Shown: positions 8,830 to 18,951, counted from the first letter of the stretch. The stretch: DNA of 64,000 bases from Limnothrix sp. BL-A-16 (GCA_041937175.2 CP166615.1:2688001-2752000), one strand, 5' to 3'. The notes: generated by a model from the sequence alone, not told the origin. Translations and numbers: made by a program.

Positions 8830-10332
8830 TTAGTCCATTTCCACCTGTAAAACGTTGGCAATCGCCTGTTGGGAATCGGTTTTGAACTCTCGCACGTTCA
8901 CCCACCACAACAGCCCGATCGCGATCGCCATCATCAACGCTTCCACCGCAAACACCGTAATGAAGCCATAGATCGGTTGCCCAAACAGCGCCAGCCCAAC
9001 CCGTTGGTAAATTAAGCCACCCAACCAGGTAGACAGGGCCTTAGCCAAGGCCTGAGCCAAACCCCAAGCCCCAATGAACGTGCCGGCCGTTTCCGCCGCC
9101 GTTAGATCTAACATCAGGGTCAAGGCCCCGGTGGTGACAACGCCCGAGGTGAGGCCAAAAATGCCCACGGCCGCTTGCAAAGCGGTGGGATTCGCCCCGA
9201 TCGCCCCGGGATTGGGATTGCTGGAAAATCCCGCCAAGATGATTAGCCCCAGCGCCGCGATCGTTAGCAAACAACCGAGCTTTGTGGTGCGCTGTTTGCC
9301 CAAGCGGGGAATGAGACCAAAGCCCGTGGCCACCAACCCCAAGAGGGTTCCCGTGCCAAAGAATGCATTCAAGCTCGTGGTAGCCGAAGGGGGCATGTTG
9401 AACACTTCACCGCCGTAGTTTTCGAGAACGGCTTCTTGCAAAAACAGGCCCAAGGTCATGGCCAGCAAGAATGCGAAAAAGATGCCCGTTTGCCGACTGG
9501 CGGTCAAAATTCGCAGGGCCCGCCCGAGGGTAATTTGGTCTTCCCGTTCCGCCAAGTGCGATCGCAGGCCATAGCGCGAAAACCGTTTTTCCACACCCCA
9601 GGTGGCCACAAAGGCCAACCCAACCACAGTCGCGGGCACGATGATGAACAGTTGGTTCAAGGCCCCTTGCAAAGCGGCGAGGCTGTTGGCCGCTTCGGCC
9701 CGTTTCAGGAGAATCGAAGTCAGGATGGCTCCGATGATGATCCCCACCATCAGCATTGACCAAACCACACCCACCAGGCGCGATCGATCATCTTCGTCTG
9801 ACACATCCACCAACAAAGCCGCAAAGGGTGTGGAACTGGCACTGATGGAGAGGCCATAGCCCGCAAACAGCAACCCAAGGGCGATCGTCCAGAGGCCCGT
9901 GGTTCCCTCCCAAGACCAACCGCCCGCCTGCGCCACGGCCGCGCCCAATTGCCACATCACCTGCACAATCAAAAACGAGAGCACCGCAAAACACATGGCC
10001 CCCAGCCAGACATAGCCCGATCGATGCAATCGGAACAGGGGCTTGGCATCGGACAGTTGCCCAAACCAAACACGGGCGGGCGCAATGAACTGGTGCAGGG
10101 CGATCGCCCCCGCCGCCACATCCAGGGGAATGGCCAACTCATTGCCCATTACCCGGTTCAGCAGCCCCAAGGTCAGCACCGACATCATGCCCAGACCCAT
10201 TTGAAACAGGCCCAAACGCAACATCACCGGCAGGGAAAGCTTAGGGGGCTGTTGGGGCAAGTCATGGTGCGGGGGCAACTCCAATGGAGGAGACAACGGA
10301 TTCAAAGTTGATTCGGGAGACTCTGGAGGCAT
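8830..10332 (-). CDS. pucC: BCD-family (PucC-like) MFS transporter
   Basis: RLGLFQMGLGMMSVLTLGLLNRVM, PARVWFGQLSD and LDLTAAETAGTFIGAWGLAQA; many TM helices. Start placed at ATG 10332 rather than the ORF-track start inside the repeat. Confidence 0.88.
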   Translation of the reverse strand: MPPESPESTLNPLSPPLELPPHHDLPQQPPKLSLPVMLRLGLFQMGLGMMSVLTLGLLNRVMGNELAIPLDVAAGAIALHQFIAPARVWFGQLSDAKPLFRLHRSGYVWLGAMCFAVLSFLIVQVMWQLGAAVAQAGGWSWEGTTGLWTIALGLLFAGYGLSISASSTPFAALLVDVSDEDDRSRLVGVVWSMLMVGIIIGAILTSILLKRAEAANSLAALQGALNQLFIIVPATVVGLAFVATWGVEKRFSRYGLRSHLAEREDQITLGRALRILTASRQTGIFFAFLLAMTLGLFLQEAVLENYGGEVFNMPPSATTSLNAFFGTGTLLGLVATGFGLIPRLGKQRTTKLGCLLTIAALGLIILAGFSSNPNPGAIGANPTALQAAVGIFGLTSGVVTTGALTLMLDLTAAETAGTFIGAWGLAQALAKALSTWLGGLIYQRVGLALFGQPIYGFITVFAVEALMMAIAIGLLWWVNVREFKTDSQQAIANVLQVEMD

Positions 10333-10425
10333 GGTGCTAGGAGGAACAGAAAATTCAAAGATAGATGGGGATCGTAGCTGGAGAGCTGTGATTCGGATTC
10401 GTGAGCCTCTGATCCTGCCGTCGCG

Positions 10426-10516
10426 AGATCCTAGGGAGCAACGCCAGATCCTAGGGAGCAACGCCAGATCCTAGGGAGCAAGGTCAGATCCTAGGGAGCA
10501 ACGCCAGATCCTAGGG
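10426..10516. repeat. Tandem repeat, 20-bp unit, ~4.5 copies
   Basis: AGATCCTAGGGAGCAACGCC repeated head-to-tail (one copy ends AAGGTC); no spacers. Confidence 0.95.
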
Positions 10517-10538
10517 ACAAGGGGCTTAAGCCCCTTGT
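10517..10538. repeat. 22-bp dispersed palindrome (copy 1)
   Basis: ACAAGGGGCTTAAGCCCCTTGT, identical to 49601-49622. Confidence 0.9.
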
Positions 10539-10894
10539 TTGAAGCGGTTAGGCTAGGAAAATTAGCCATTTTCGCCTCAATCGATCGAATTCGATGACAA
10601 GCCCTGACTCCTGGGTTGGATCTGGGTTGAAATTTTTGGATCTGGGTTGAAATTTAAGCTGGTTGATAAAAGGTTTTGACCCAAATTTTGCGGCCGATTC
10701 GCCGGGGGCGATCGCTCTCCAATTTTAAAAGGCACACCGGAACTTCCCCTTCAGTCCCGAAATCCTGACGGAATTTTGGGGAATGTCCAAATTTCTTGAA
10801 GAATAAATCCTTATAATTGGTTCACAGAAATTAATGTTTTGTCTAAAATTTCTCATCAACTCCAGCCCAAACCTTTAGAGAACGAGATCCAACC

Positions 10895-11230
10895 ATGACC
10901 GGATTCATTCGTGGCCTGTTCGGCGGCAACAAAAAAGAAGAAGCACCCGCGCCCCAACCCGCTCGCCAAAAGGAAACCCAGGATTTCTTCTTGGATTTTG
11001 ACAGTGCTCGCACCTTCGGGGACATTGAGCGGATGCGCAAGGAAGTGGAAGTCCACAAGACTTTCCCCAAGGGAACTACGCCCGTTGAACAACCGGCCAA
11101 ACCCAAGGCCAAGGCTGCGGAACCCACCAGCAGCGCTCCGGCCAGCACGGCCGGCGAAACCCTGGAACGCCGCAAGGCTGATCGCAACTTGGATGCGTTC
11201 CGCAGCATGGCTAAAGACCTGAAAAAATAG
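10895..11230 (+). CDS. Small hypothetical protein (111 aa)
   Basis: MTGFIRGLFGG...FFLDFDSARTFGDIERMRK...RRKADRNLDAFRSMAKDL; AT-rich promoter-like region upstream and a hairpin downstream. Confidence 0.8.
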   Translation: MTGFIRGLFGGNKKEEAPAPQPARQKETQDFFLDFDSARTFGDIERMRKEVEVHKTFPKGTTPVEQPAKPKAKAAEPTSSAPASTAGETLERRKADRNLDAFRSMAKDLKK

Positions 11231-11279
11231 GCGGGGTCTCAAAACTGGGATCGCAAAACGAATCCAGTCGATCGCCACG

Positions 11280-11312
11280 GGAGGGAGAGCAATGTTGAGT
11301 TGTTCTCCCTCC
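11280..11312 (+). terminator. Hairpin, likely terminator
   Basis: GGAGGGAGAGCAA-loop-TTGTTCTCCCTCC downstream of the small CDS. Confidence 0.5.
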
Positions 11313-11535
11313 TGTGTGTTGATGGGTTCTGATGTGGATGGGTTCTGATGTGGCTTAACGCTGGCTGGTTAGTTCCGGCGGTGATTGATTCTTGTGCTGG
11401 TTCATTTTGCGAGCGATCTCTGGGCAGTTAAGCTGTTGATTGCCACTTCAAGCTAGGGCGATCGCACCGCTGATGGCTTTGAAGGGTGGCTGCCCGGTGC
11501 AAACTCCTGATCAACGAGACAACGAGATCTGGCCT

Positions 11536-13065
11536 ATGACCTACTTGCGGACTGACGACCCATCCTCCCAGCGGCCGAAAATTAGTCCCGGTCGGTTACG
11601 GGAAATTCAGGAAGAGGCTGAACGGCTGCAATGGTTGCTGGCCTCGCTGCTGGTGTTGCCGGGAGTGTTGGATAACGAGGTGGGCAAGGCGTTTGCACAG
11701 TTTTTGGGGACGGTGCTGGAGCGGTCGCGCGATGCGACGGATATTACGTTGGCCTATGGGCGCTGGTTTCGGGCGCTGATGACGGCGGGCCAAAGCTGGG
11801 GTGATTATTTGCTCGATCGCCTGGTGACGGTGGACACGGTGTTGGCTCCGGTGCTCAAAGGCAAGACGATCGAGCAATTGCCCTCGGCCACGATCGCGGC
11901 GATCGACCATGATTTACGAGCATTTCAGCAACTGTGGCAGTTTGAGCCGGCCTTGGCTTGTCAGTGGGCCCAGGAGTTGGCGGGTGGGGCGATCGAGCTA
12001 GTGGCCTGGAGTGGGCCCGGTGCTGACTCGGAAACGAAATCCGATTCATCTGATTCATCTGATTCATCTGATCAAGCCGCACCTGATCAATTGGATACGC
12101 CTGATCTCGTTAATCAACAAGATCAACAGGATCAATCTGACGCATCTGATCAACAGGAAACCAAACCCAATCCCAAAGCCGCACTCCGGGCGCAGTTGCG
12201 CAACCTGGATGACTGGGCAACAGCCACACCAGCTTTGGTGCGTTATTTGGCAGCGGCCGATCGGGGACAGTTCAGCGAGTCCCGAGCTTTTCGTTGGCGA
12301 TCGGGGCAGCTTGTGTCGGTGACCCATCCTGACCCGATCGACCTGCCCGACCTGGCCGGCTATGACGGCCCCAAGGCGCAACTGATTCAAAACACGGAAT
12401 TTCTGTTGGCCGGTCACCGGGCGCTAAACGTGTTGCTGTATGGGGCACGGGGCACGGGGAAATCATCCCTCGTGAAGGCGCTGCTGTCGGCCTATGGCGA
12501 TCGGGGGCTGCGATTGGTGGAGGTGGCCAAGCAAGAGCTGGATCATCTGCCGGAGATTGTGGACTTGCTGCGGAGCGCGTCCCAAAAATTCATCTTATTT
12601 GTGGATGATTTGTCCTTTGAGGAGGATGACGAGGCCTTCAAGGCACTGAAGGTTTGCCTGGAGGGCGGCATCACGGAGCGGCCAAAGAATGTGGTGGTCT
12701 ATGCCACATCAAACCGACGACATTTGGTGCGGGAATATTTTGCCGATCGCCCCCGGCCCAGCGATGCGGATGAGGTGCAGTCCTGGGATACGGTGCAGGA
12801 AAAGCTCTCCTTTGCCGATCGCTTTGGCCTGACGTTGACCTTTGAGGCGGCCGACCAAGACACCTATTTAGAAATCGTGAATCATTTGGCTGATTTAGCC
12901 AATCTCGGGATTGATCGGGCAGAATTGCGGTTTCGAGCTTTGCAGTGGGCCACGCGCCACAATGGGCGATCGGGTCGCACGGCTCGCCAGTTCATCGACT
13001 TCCTCACTGCTGAGCAGGCCTTGGCGGCCAAGGCCACTCCCAGCACTGAGGCTGCGGAAGCTTGA
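11536..13065 (+). CDS. DUF815 AAA+ ATPase
   Basis: Walker A NVLLYGARGTGKSSLVKA, FILFVDDLSFE, YATSNRRHLV, GRSGRTARQF; start placed at ATG 11536. Confidence 0.9.
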   Translation: MTYLRTDDPSSQRPKISPGRLREIQEEAERLQWLLASLLVLPGVLDNEVGKAFAQFLGTVLERSRDATDITLAYGRWFRALMTAGQSWGDYLLDRLVTVDTVLAPVLKGKTIEQLPSATIAAIDHDLRAFQQLWQFEPALACQWAQELAGGAIELVAWSGPGADSETKSDSSDSSDSSDQAAPDQLDTPDLVNQQDQQDQSDASDQQETKPNPKAALRAQLRNLDDWATATPALVRYLAAADRGQFSESRAFRWRSGQLVSVTHPDPIDLPDLAGYDGPKAQLIQNTEFLLAGHRALNVLLYGARGTGKSSLVKALLSAYGDRGLRLVEVAKQELDHLPEIVDLLRSASQKFILFVDDLSFEEDDEAFKALKVCLEGGITERPKNVVVYATSNRRHLVREYFADRPRPSDADEVQSWDTVQEKLSFADRFGLTLTFEAADQDTYLEIVNHLADLANLGIDRAELRFRALQWATRHNGRSGRTARQFIDFLTAEQALAAKATPSTEAAEA

Positions 13066-13117
13066 TGGCGCTCATGGCTCTGGGTTCACCGTTGATGTTG
13101 ATTTGGACGAGCCAACT

Positions 13118-13921
13118 ATGCATGGGCCCATTCCGGAACACCGCTTTTTTGCTTATCTAACTTGGCAAGAGATCGCGACCTTGCCCGATCGGGAGCGGGC
13201 CGTGGTGATTTTGCCGGTGGGGGCGATCGAGCAACATGGGCCCCACTTGCCCCTGAATGTGGACAGCGCGATCGTGAACGGAATTCTCGGGCGATCGCTC
13301 CAATGGCTCGATCAACAACGGCCCGACGTGGTGGCCTATGCCCTGCCACCGTTGTTCTACGGCAAATCCAACGAACATCTGGCGCTGCCGGGAACCATTT
13401 CCCTCAGCGCCACCACGCTCCTGTCCTTGGTGATGGACATTGGCCACAGCCTCTATCGATCGGGCTTTCGGAAGTTGCTGTTGCTGAATGGCCATGGGGG
13501 ACAGCCCCAGGTGTTGGATGTTGCCGCCACGGATCTCCATGAGCGATATCCCGACTTTTGGACCTATTCCTGTTTTGTGTGGCGATCGGCCAATTACAAA
13601 CCCCTGTTGAACCCGGCGGAAACCCTGGGAATGCACGCGGGTGATGCGGAAACCTGCGTGATGTTGGCCCTTGATCCCGATCGGGTGCGGATGCAACGGG
13701 CCCAGGCAGAGATGCCCCTGATCCATCCGGGCAAGCGACTGGGGCCCAAGGGAGCCTTAACCTACGCCTGGACAATTCAAGATCTGAGCCAAAGTGGCGT
13801 GATTGGTGACCCAACGGCGGCGGCGGCCGATCGGGGCGAACAGATTATTGAACTGCTCGCCCGCAACTGGGCTGAGATCCTGGCCGAAATCTACGACTAC
13901 TACCCGATCGCCCAGCCCTAG
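13118..13921 (+). CDS. Creatininase-family amidohydrolase
   Basis: PVGAIEQHGPHLPL, YGKSNEH, NGHGGQ, MHAGDAET and SGVIGDP motifs; start placed at ATG 13118. Confidence 0.92.
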   Translation: MHGPIPEHRFFAYLTWQEIATLPDRERAVVILPVGAIEQHGPHLPLNVDSAIVNGILGRSLQWLDQQRPDVVAYALPPLFYGKSNEHLALPGTISLSATTLLSLVMDIGHSLYRSGFRKLLLLNGHGGQPQVLDVAATDLHERYPDFWTYSCFVWRSANYKPLLNPAETLGMHAGDAETCVMLALDPDRVRMQRAQAEMPLIHPGKRLGPKGALTYAWTIQDLSQSGVIGDPTAAAADRGEQIIELLARNWAEILAEIYDYYPIAQP

Positions 13922-15516
13922 CCCAGGATGGCCCAACTGTTGAAACTACTGGACAAGTTGGCAGGCGCATTGGGGAAGGTAGCGATCGTTTGCACGCCGG
14001 ATCCGTTGTTGAACTGCAACGCTACCCCCGTACCGCTACTGACAAAGGCAAACCCGCCCCGCTCCGGATCCACCGAAAACACCCGCAGGGTCGTAATTCC
14101 CCCAAATCCGGTGCTCCGAATCACCAATTTGTCCAACGTGGGGTCAAAGTCCGTCAGCACATCACCCCCTTCAGCGGGCGTGTTGTAAATAAAGAAATCG
14201 CTGCCCCCCGTGGCCAGCAACGTATCAGACCCCACGCCCCCTTCCATGGAGTCATTGCCCTCGCCGCCATCAATCAAATCGTTGCCGCCACTGCCCTTCA
14301 GCAAATCTGCACCGCCCAAACCAGTGATCGTATCGTTGCCATCTAGCGCATCGATCGTGTCATCCCCAAACGTGCCTTGAATATTGTCATTGCCGGTGGA
14401 GGGCTGGGTGGAACCGGTGCTGCCCGTGCCGCCCGTGCTGCCGCTCACGCCGCCCGTGGTGGTATCTGTGCCCACGGGGGTGAGGAAACTGAGGCGTTGA
14501 CTATTCTTCACGATCGCAATCAGCCGCTCCGTGTTGTTGGTATCCACCAACGTCAGGAACGTATCGGCCGCATTCAGCCCCGTTCCCGGAACCACCACCA
14601 CCCGCGAGGCAATGTTGCCCTCGAACCCAATCAGGTCTTGGGTGAAGTCATAGTCAGCAATGATGTCAACGCCGCCTGCTTGTCCTGACACGATGAAGGT
14701 ATCGCCGCCATTGCCCCCAATCAGGGTGTTGCTGCCCTGGTTGCCGTACAGGGTGTCGTTGCCGTTATCCCCGGACAGGCGATCGTCTCCGGTACCGCCG
14801 AAGATCACATCTTCGTTTTCGCCGCCGTTGATCGTATCCGCATCGCCGTTGCCGTTGAGGGTGTCGCTGCCTTCGCCGCCGTTGATGATGTCAAGGTCGC
14901 GGCCGCCCAGAATCAGATCAGCACCGCTGTCACCATTGAGATCATCGTTACCATCGCCGCCATTGATGGTGTCGGCTTCCCGGCCGCCAAAGACAACATC
15001 ATCTCCTCGACTGCCATCGATTCGATCGTTCCCTTGGCTGCCAAAAATCAGGTCATTGCCTTGGCCACCAAAGATCACATCGTTGCCCAAATCTCCGAAC
15101 AGGATGTCTTCGCCCTCGTTGCCTTGCAGCAGGTCATCGCCCTGGCCACCGTAGAGGGTATCGGCTCCCACGTCGCCCCATAGGGTGTCGTTCCCTTGGC
15201 TGCCTCGCAGGATGTCGGGATCTTGGCCACCGAAGAGCAGATCGTTGCCATCGTTCCCATCCAGCAAATCGTTATCTTCGTTGCCGTAAAGGGTGTCGTT
15301 TCCCTTGCCGCCAAAGAGTTGGTCGCTGCCAAACCCCCCTTGCAGGAAGTCGTTGCCGTCGTTGCCATTGAGAATGTCGTTGTCGCGGCCCCCTTGGAGG
15401 GCATCGTTACCGGCTAAGCCAATGAGGGTGTCGCTCCCTTCGTTGCCAAACATTTGGTCGTTGTCATTGGTTCCGGTGAGGAGGTTGGGAAGGTTGTTAC
15501 CGTTAATGATGGCCAT
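13918..15516 (-). CDS. RTX/hemolysin-type calcium-binding repeat protein (likely secreted or surface)
   Basis: Dozens of GGxGxDxLx nonapeptides, a Thr/Gly/Ser-rich linker, then a second RTX block. Confidence 0.92.
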   Translation of the reverse strand: MAIINGNNLPNLLTGTNDNDQMFGNEGSDTLIGLAGNDALQGGRDNDILNGNDGNDFLQGGFGSDQLFGGKGNDTLYGNEDNDLLDGNDGNDLLFGGQDPDILRGSQGNDTLWGDVGADTLYGGQGDDLLQGNEGEDILFGDLGNDVIFGGQGNDLIFGSQGNDRIDGSRGDDVVFGGREADTINGGDGNDDLNGDSGADLILGGRDLDIINGGEGSDTLNGNGDADTINGGENEDVIFGGTGDDRLSGDNGNDTLYGNQGSNTLIGGNGGDTFIVSGQAGGVDIIADYDFTQDLIGFEGNIASRVVVVPGTGLNAADTFLTLVDTNNTERLIAIVKNSQRLSFLTPVGTDTTTGGVSGSTGGTGSTGSTQPSTGNDNIQGTFGDDTIDALDGNDTITGLGGADLLKGSGGNDLIDGGEGNDSMEGGVGSDTLLATGGSDFFIYNTPAEGGDVLTDFDPTLDKLVIRSTGFGGITTLRVFSVDPERGGFAFVSSGTGVALQFNNGSGVQTIATFPNAPANLSSSFNSWAILG

Positions 15517-15943
15517 GGGGCGCTCCAAGGTGGGCTACAGTCCTGCGGGCGAACCGATGCGTGAGAAGGCTGAAGATGGGGTGATGGTGGGTGTGGCTCG
15601 CGCGAATCGATGATGGTCGATTTGTTCTGGGGTTGTCAAATGGGGGATGTGCCGGAAATGGCGGGTTTTGGGCGGGTGCGAAGCGGAGAACTTGGGCAAG
15701 TGGGGTCAGGAATTGGCTGGGATCCCTGGGGCGATCGGGAGGGGGCAAACCCGATTGTTAACATAGGCTTGCGTGGGGTGACCCCGCACGGCGTTGGGGT
15801 GGGGTGGTTCAGGAAATCCGGAAGGGACGGGGCGATCGATCAGTTCGGTCAAAGCAGCCCAGGGCCGATCGGCCCCAGTCGTTTGCGTCCTAGATTCCCA
15901 ATCTGAGCGGTATTGCAGCGCACAAAGCAGAGGTTTTTGATTC

Positions 15944-17416
15944 ATGAGTCAATCGTTGAGAGCGGCGGCGGCCAACCCGATCAAGTTTGGAACGGATGGT
16001 TGGCGGGGGGTGATTGCGGCGGACTTCACGATCGAGCGGGTGGCCCGGGTGGCCCCGCTGGCGGCGGAAGCCTTGGCCCAGGAGTTTGGGGCTAGCACCG
16101 GCAGCCGCACCATTTTGGTGGGCTATGATCGCCGGTTCATGGCTGAAGATTTTGCGCGGGTGGCCGCTGAAGCCATCCAGGCGATCGGCTATCGGGTGAA
16201 GCTGTCGGACTGCTATGCCCCCACGCCGGTCTTTAGCTGGATTGCCCACCATGAACAGGCCCTGGGGGCGATCGTCCTGACGGCCAGCCACAATCCTGGC
16301 CGCTATTTGGGTCTGAAGGTAAAAGGAGCCTTTGGGGGTTCCGTATCGCCGGAGGTGACCCAAAAGATTGAGACGATGTTGGCGGCCGAAACGGTTCCGG
16401 CCGAGGTGGAGCATCCGGAGCCGATCGAGTCGTTTAATCCTTGGGAAAGCGGCTACTGTGAAGCGTTGCGGCAGTTTGTTGATCTTGCTGCCATCCGAGC
16501 TGCCATTGCCGATGGCAAGCTAGCGGTGTTTGTGGATGCGATGCATGGCGCTTCGGCCGGCGGTCTCAGCAAGGTGCTGGATGTTGCCGTGCAGGAGCTG
16601 AACACCAATCGCGATCCGCTGTTTGAAGGGGGCGCACCGGAACCGTTGCCCAAATACACCACCCGCTCGATCGCCCAAATTCGCGACCACCAACAGGCCC
16701 ATCCCGACCAGTTGGCCGTGGGGTTGGTCTTTGATGGCGATTGCGATCGGATCGCCGCGATCGATGGGTCTGGGGAATTTCTCACCTCCCAGATCTTGAT
16801 CCCGATTTTGATTCAGCACCTAGCCGTGGTGCGCGGGCAAACCGGCGAAGTGGTTAAAACCGTCAGCGGCTCCGACCTAATGCCCAAGGTGGCGGAACTG
16901 TATCAATTGCCGGTTCATGAAACCGCCGTGGGCTACAAATACATCGCCGATCGCATGTTGAGCGTGCCGGTGTTGATTGGGGGCGAAGAGTCCGGCGGCG
17001 TGGGCTATGGCAACCACATTCCCGAACGGGACGCGCTGCTCTCGGCTCTGTATGTGTTGGAAGCCGTTGTGAAAGCGGGCAAAAGCTTGAACGAACTTTA
17101 CGGGGACTTGCAAACCAAAACCAATTTTTTCAATGCCTACGATCGCATTGATCTCGCCCTGGCCAGCATGGCCGCACGCGATCGGCTGTTGGGACAATTG
17201 CAAACCAACCCACCCCAAACGATCGCCGGGCAAGCGGTCACCGACTGCCAAACCACCGACGGCTACAAATTCCGCCTGACCAGTGGCGATTGGTTAATGG
17301 TGCGCTTCAGCGGCACGGAACCCGTGCTGCGGCTCTATTGCGAAGCCGTCACACTCGATCGAGTGCATGAAATTCTGGAATGGGCCCGCCAATGGGCCGA
17401 GGCTGCCGCCGCCTAG
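15944..17416 (+). CDS. Phosphoglucomutase/phosphomannomutase family protein
   Basis: IKFGTDGWRG, LTASHNP, FDGDCDR, GGEESGG and RFSGTEP motifs. Confidence 0.95.
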   Translation: MSQSLRAAAANPIKFGTDGWRGVIAADFTIERVARVAPLAAEALAQEFGASTGSRTILVGYDRRFMAEDFARVAAEAIQAIGYRVKLSDCYAPTPVFSWIAHHEQALGAIVLTASHNPGRYLGLKVKGAFGGSVSPEVTQKIETMLAAETVPAEVEHPEPIESFNPWESGYCEALRQFVDLAAIRAAIADGKLAVFVDAMHGASAGGLSKVLDVAVQELNTNRDPLFEGGAPEPLPKYTTRSIAQIRDHQQAHPDQLAVGLVFDGDCDRIAAIDGSGEFLTSQILIPILIQHLAVVRGQTGEVVKTVSGSDLMPKVAELYQLPVHETAVGYKYIADRMLSVPVLIGGEESGGVGYGNHIPERDALLSALYVLEAVVKAGKSLNELYGDLQTKTNFFNAYDRIDLALASMAARDRLLGQLQTNPPQTIAGQAVTDCQTTDGYKFRLTSGDWLMVRFSGTEPVLRLYCEAVTLDRVHEILEWARQWAEAAAA

Positions 17417-17574
17417 GGTCTCTTGTCCCTCGCCAAACTTGCTGGACTTTGCTCACCTGGGCCGATCCCCGGGTGATTTTTTTGGGTGGTCATTGCCGCC
17501 CGTTGCCCTTTGCTAAACCACCCCCGATCGGGACAATTGGGAAGTTCTGTCCATTCTGAAATTTCTTTTTCGCC

Positions 17575-18144
17575 ATGCCCCGTTTAGTTGTTGCCACCGG
17601 AAACCCCGGCAAACTCAAAGAGCTACAGGCCTACTTGGATGATTTGGGCTGGGAGCTGGCCCTGAAGCCCCCGGAGCTAGAGATTGAAGAAACGGGCCAA
17701 ACCTTCCTCGAAAATGCCCGCCTAAAAGCCACCCAAGTGGCCCTGGCAACCGGCGAATGGGCGATCGCGGACGATTCTGGCCTGGCGATCGATGCCCTCA
17801 ATGGTGCGCCGGGTCTCTACTCCGCCCGCTATGGAGTCACCGACGCTGATCGGATCAACCGCGTTCTCACCGAACTGGCCAACCAGCCCGATCGCCGCGC
17901 CCAATTTGTCTGCGCGCTGGTGGTTGTGCGGCCCGATGGCACGGTGGCCGCCGAAGCCGAGGGCATTTGTCCCGGTGAAATTACCACAGCTCCCCGGGGA
18001 TCGCAGGGTTTTGGTTACGACCCCATTTTTCTGATGCCCGAGTTAGGCCTCACCTATGCGGAAATGTCTGCCAACCAAAAACATGAACTGAGCCACCGTG
18101 GCCGGGCGATCGCCCTGTTGCGGCCCCAACTGACGACCCTGTAA
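17575..18144 (+). CDS. rdgB: Non-canonical purine NTP pyrophosphatase (RdgB/HAM1)
   Basis: ATGNPGK, ADDSGL, APGLYSAR, GFGYDPIF and SHRGRA. Confidence 0.96.
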   Translation: MPRLVVATGNPGKLKELQAYLDDLGWELALKPPELEIEETGQTFLENARLKATQVALATGEWAIADDSGLAIDALNGAPGLYSARYGVTDADRINRVLTELANQPDRRAQFVCALVVVRPDGTVAAEAEGICPGEITTAPRGSQGFGYDPIFLMPELGLTYAEMSANQKHELSHRGRAIALLRPQLTTL

Positions 18145-18392
18145 CCCCTGCGCCAAGCCATCACCGCAACCTAGCCAGCAGCCTTCGTGCAGATCTTAGT
18201 CAAAACTGCAATGTTGCTTGATTTTGGTGCTGGTTCTGGTGCTGGTTCTGGTGCTGATACTGTGGCTAATTTCGGAACTAATCAAAGCGCTTGGAGTGAC
18301 ACCTAGACTGTCAGTGATCGCTGCCCTTTTTGGTCACGACAAACTGGGTGTCACCGCAATAGATTGCAAGGGCAAATTGCCACGATCAAGAC

Positions 18393-18857
18393 TTAGGGAC
18401 AGCTATTCACTAAATCGGGACGGCGTTGATCAAATTCATGCCAATAATCCTGAAACGCGGCTTGTGAGCGTTCACGAGCTTGGCTCAATCGATCGGAAGA
18501 GCGCCCATGTTGCTGAATATAGATCTTGGCGGCTTCGGCTCCTCGCAACCTGGCTTCCGCACCGGCCACGCCACAATCGCGTAAGACAGGATCAGACAAC
18601 CCAGCCGCCGCATTCAAAGACCGGCGATAGTTAATGATTGCAGTATCAAAATCTCCCTGCTGCTCCGCTTGGTAGCCCGCATTTTGAGGATGCTCCACGG
18701 CGGGGCCGTAGGGCGTGGTTCCCTGGGCTGTTTCAATGGTTAGGCCGATCGAACTGGTGATCGTTAAAGTCAGGGTACTGAGACCGATCGCCCAGCGTCT
18801 CGCAAACAAAAAAAGAGCCACAAAACCTCCAATAGAAAAATTTAATTGAATCGACAT
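18393..18857 (-). CDS. Hypothetical secreted protein with a TPR-like helix pair (start uncertain)
   Basis: Hydrophobic N-terminus, then AGYQAEQQGDFDTAIINYRRSL. Confidence 0.6.
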   Translation of the reverse strand: MSIQLNFSIGGFVALFLFARRWAIGLSTLTLTITSSIGLTIETAQGTTPYGPAVEHPQNAGYQAEQQGDFDTAIINYRRSLNAAAGLSDPVLRDCGVAGAEARLRGAEAAKIYIQQHGRSSDRLSQARERSQAAFQDYWHEFDQRRPDLVNSCP

Positions 18858-18951
18858 TCAATTCACATTCAATTCAAATTGAATCGACATTCAATTCACA
18901 TTCAATTCAAATTGAATCGACATTCAGTTCACATTCAATTCAAATTGAATC
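18844..18951. repeat. Tandem repeat, 33-bp unit x3 plus a partial copy, each with a 20-bp palindrome
   Basis: AATTGAATCGACATTCAATTCACATTCAATTCA at 18844, 18877 and 18910. Confidence 0.93.

Noticed and set aside
10426..10516. 20-bp repeats (and the 33-bp repeats at 18844) as a CRISPR array
   Set aside because: The units are contiguous with no unique spacers, and there are no cas genes in the window.
18218..18634. 138-aa plus-strand ORF beginning LVLVLVLV
   Set aside because: Its start derives from a 12-bp microsatellite, and it overlaps the better-supported minus-strand CDS.
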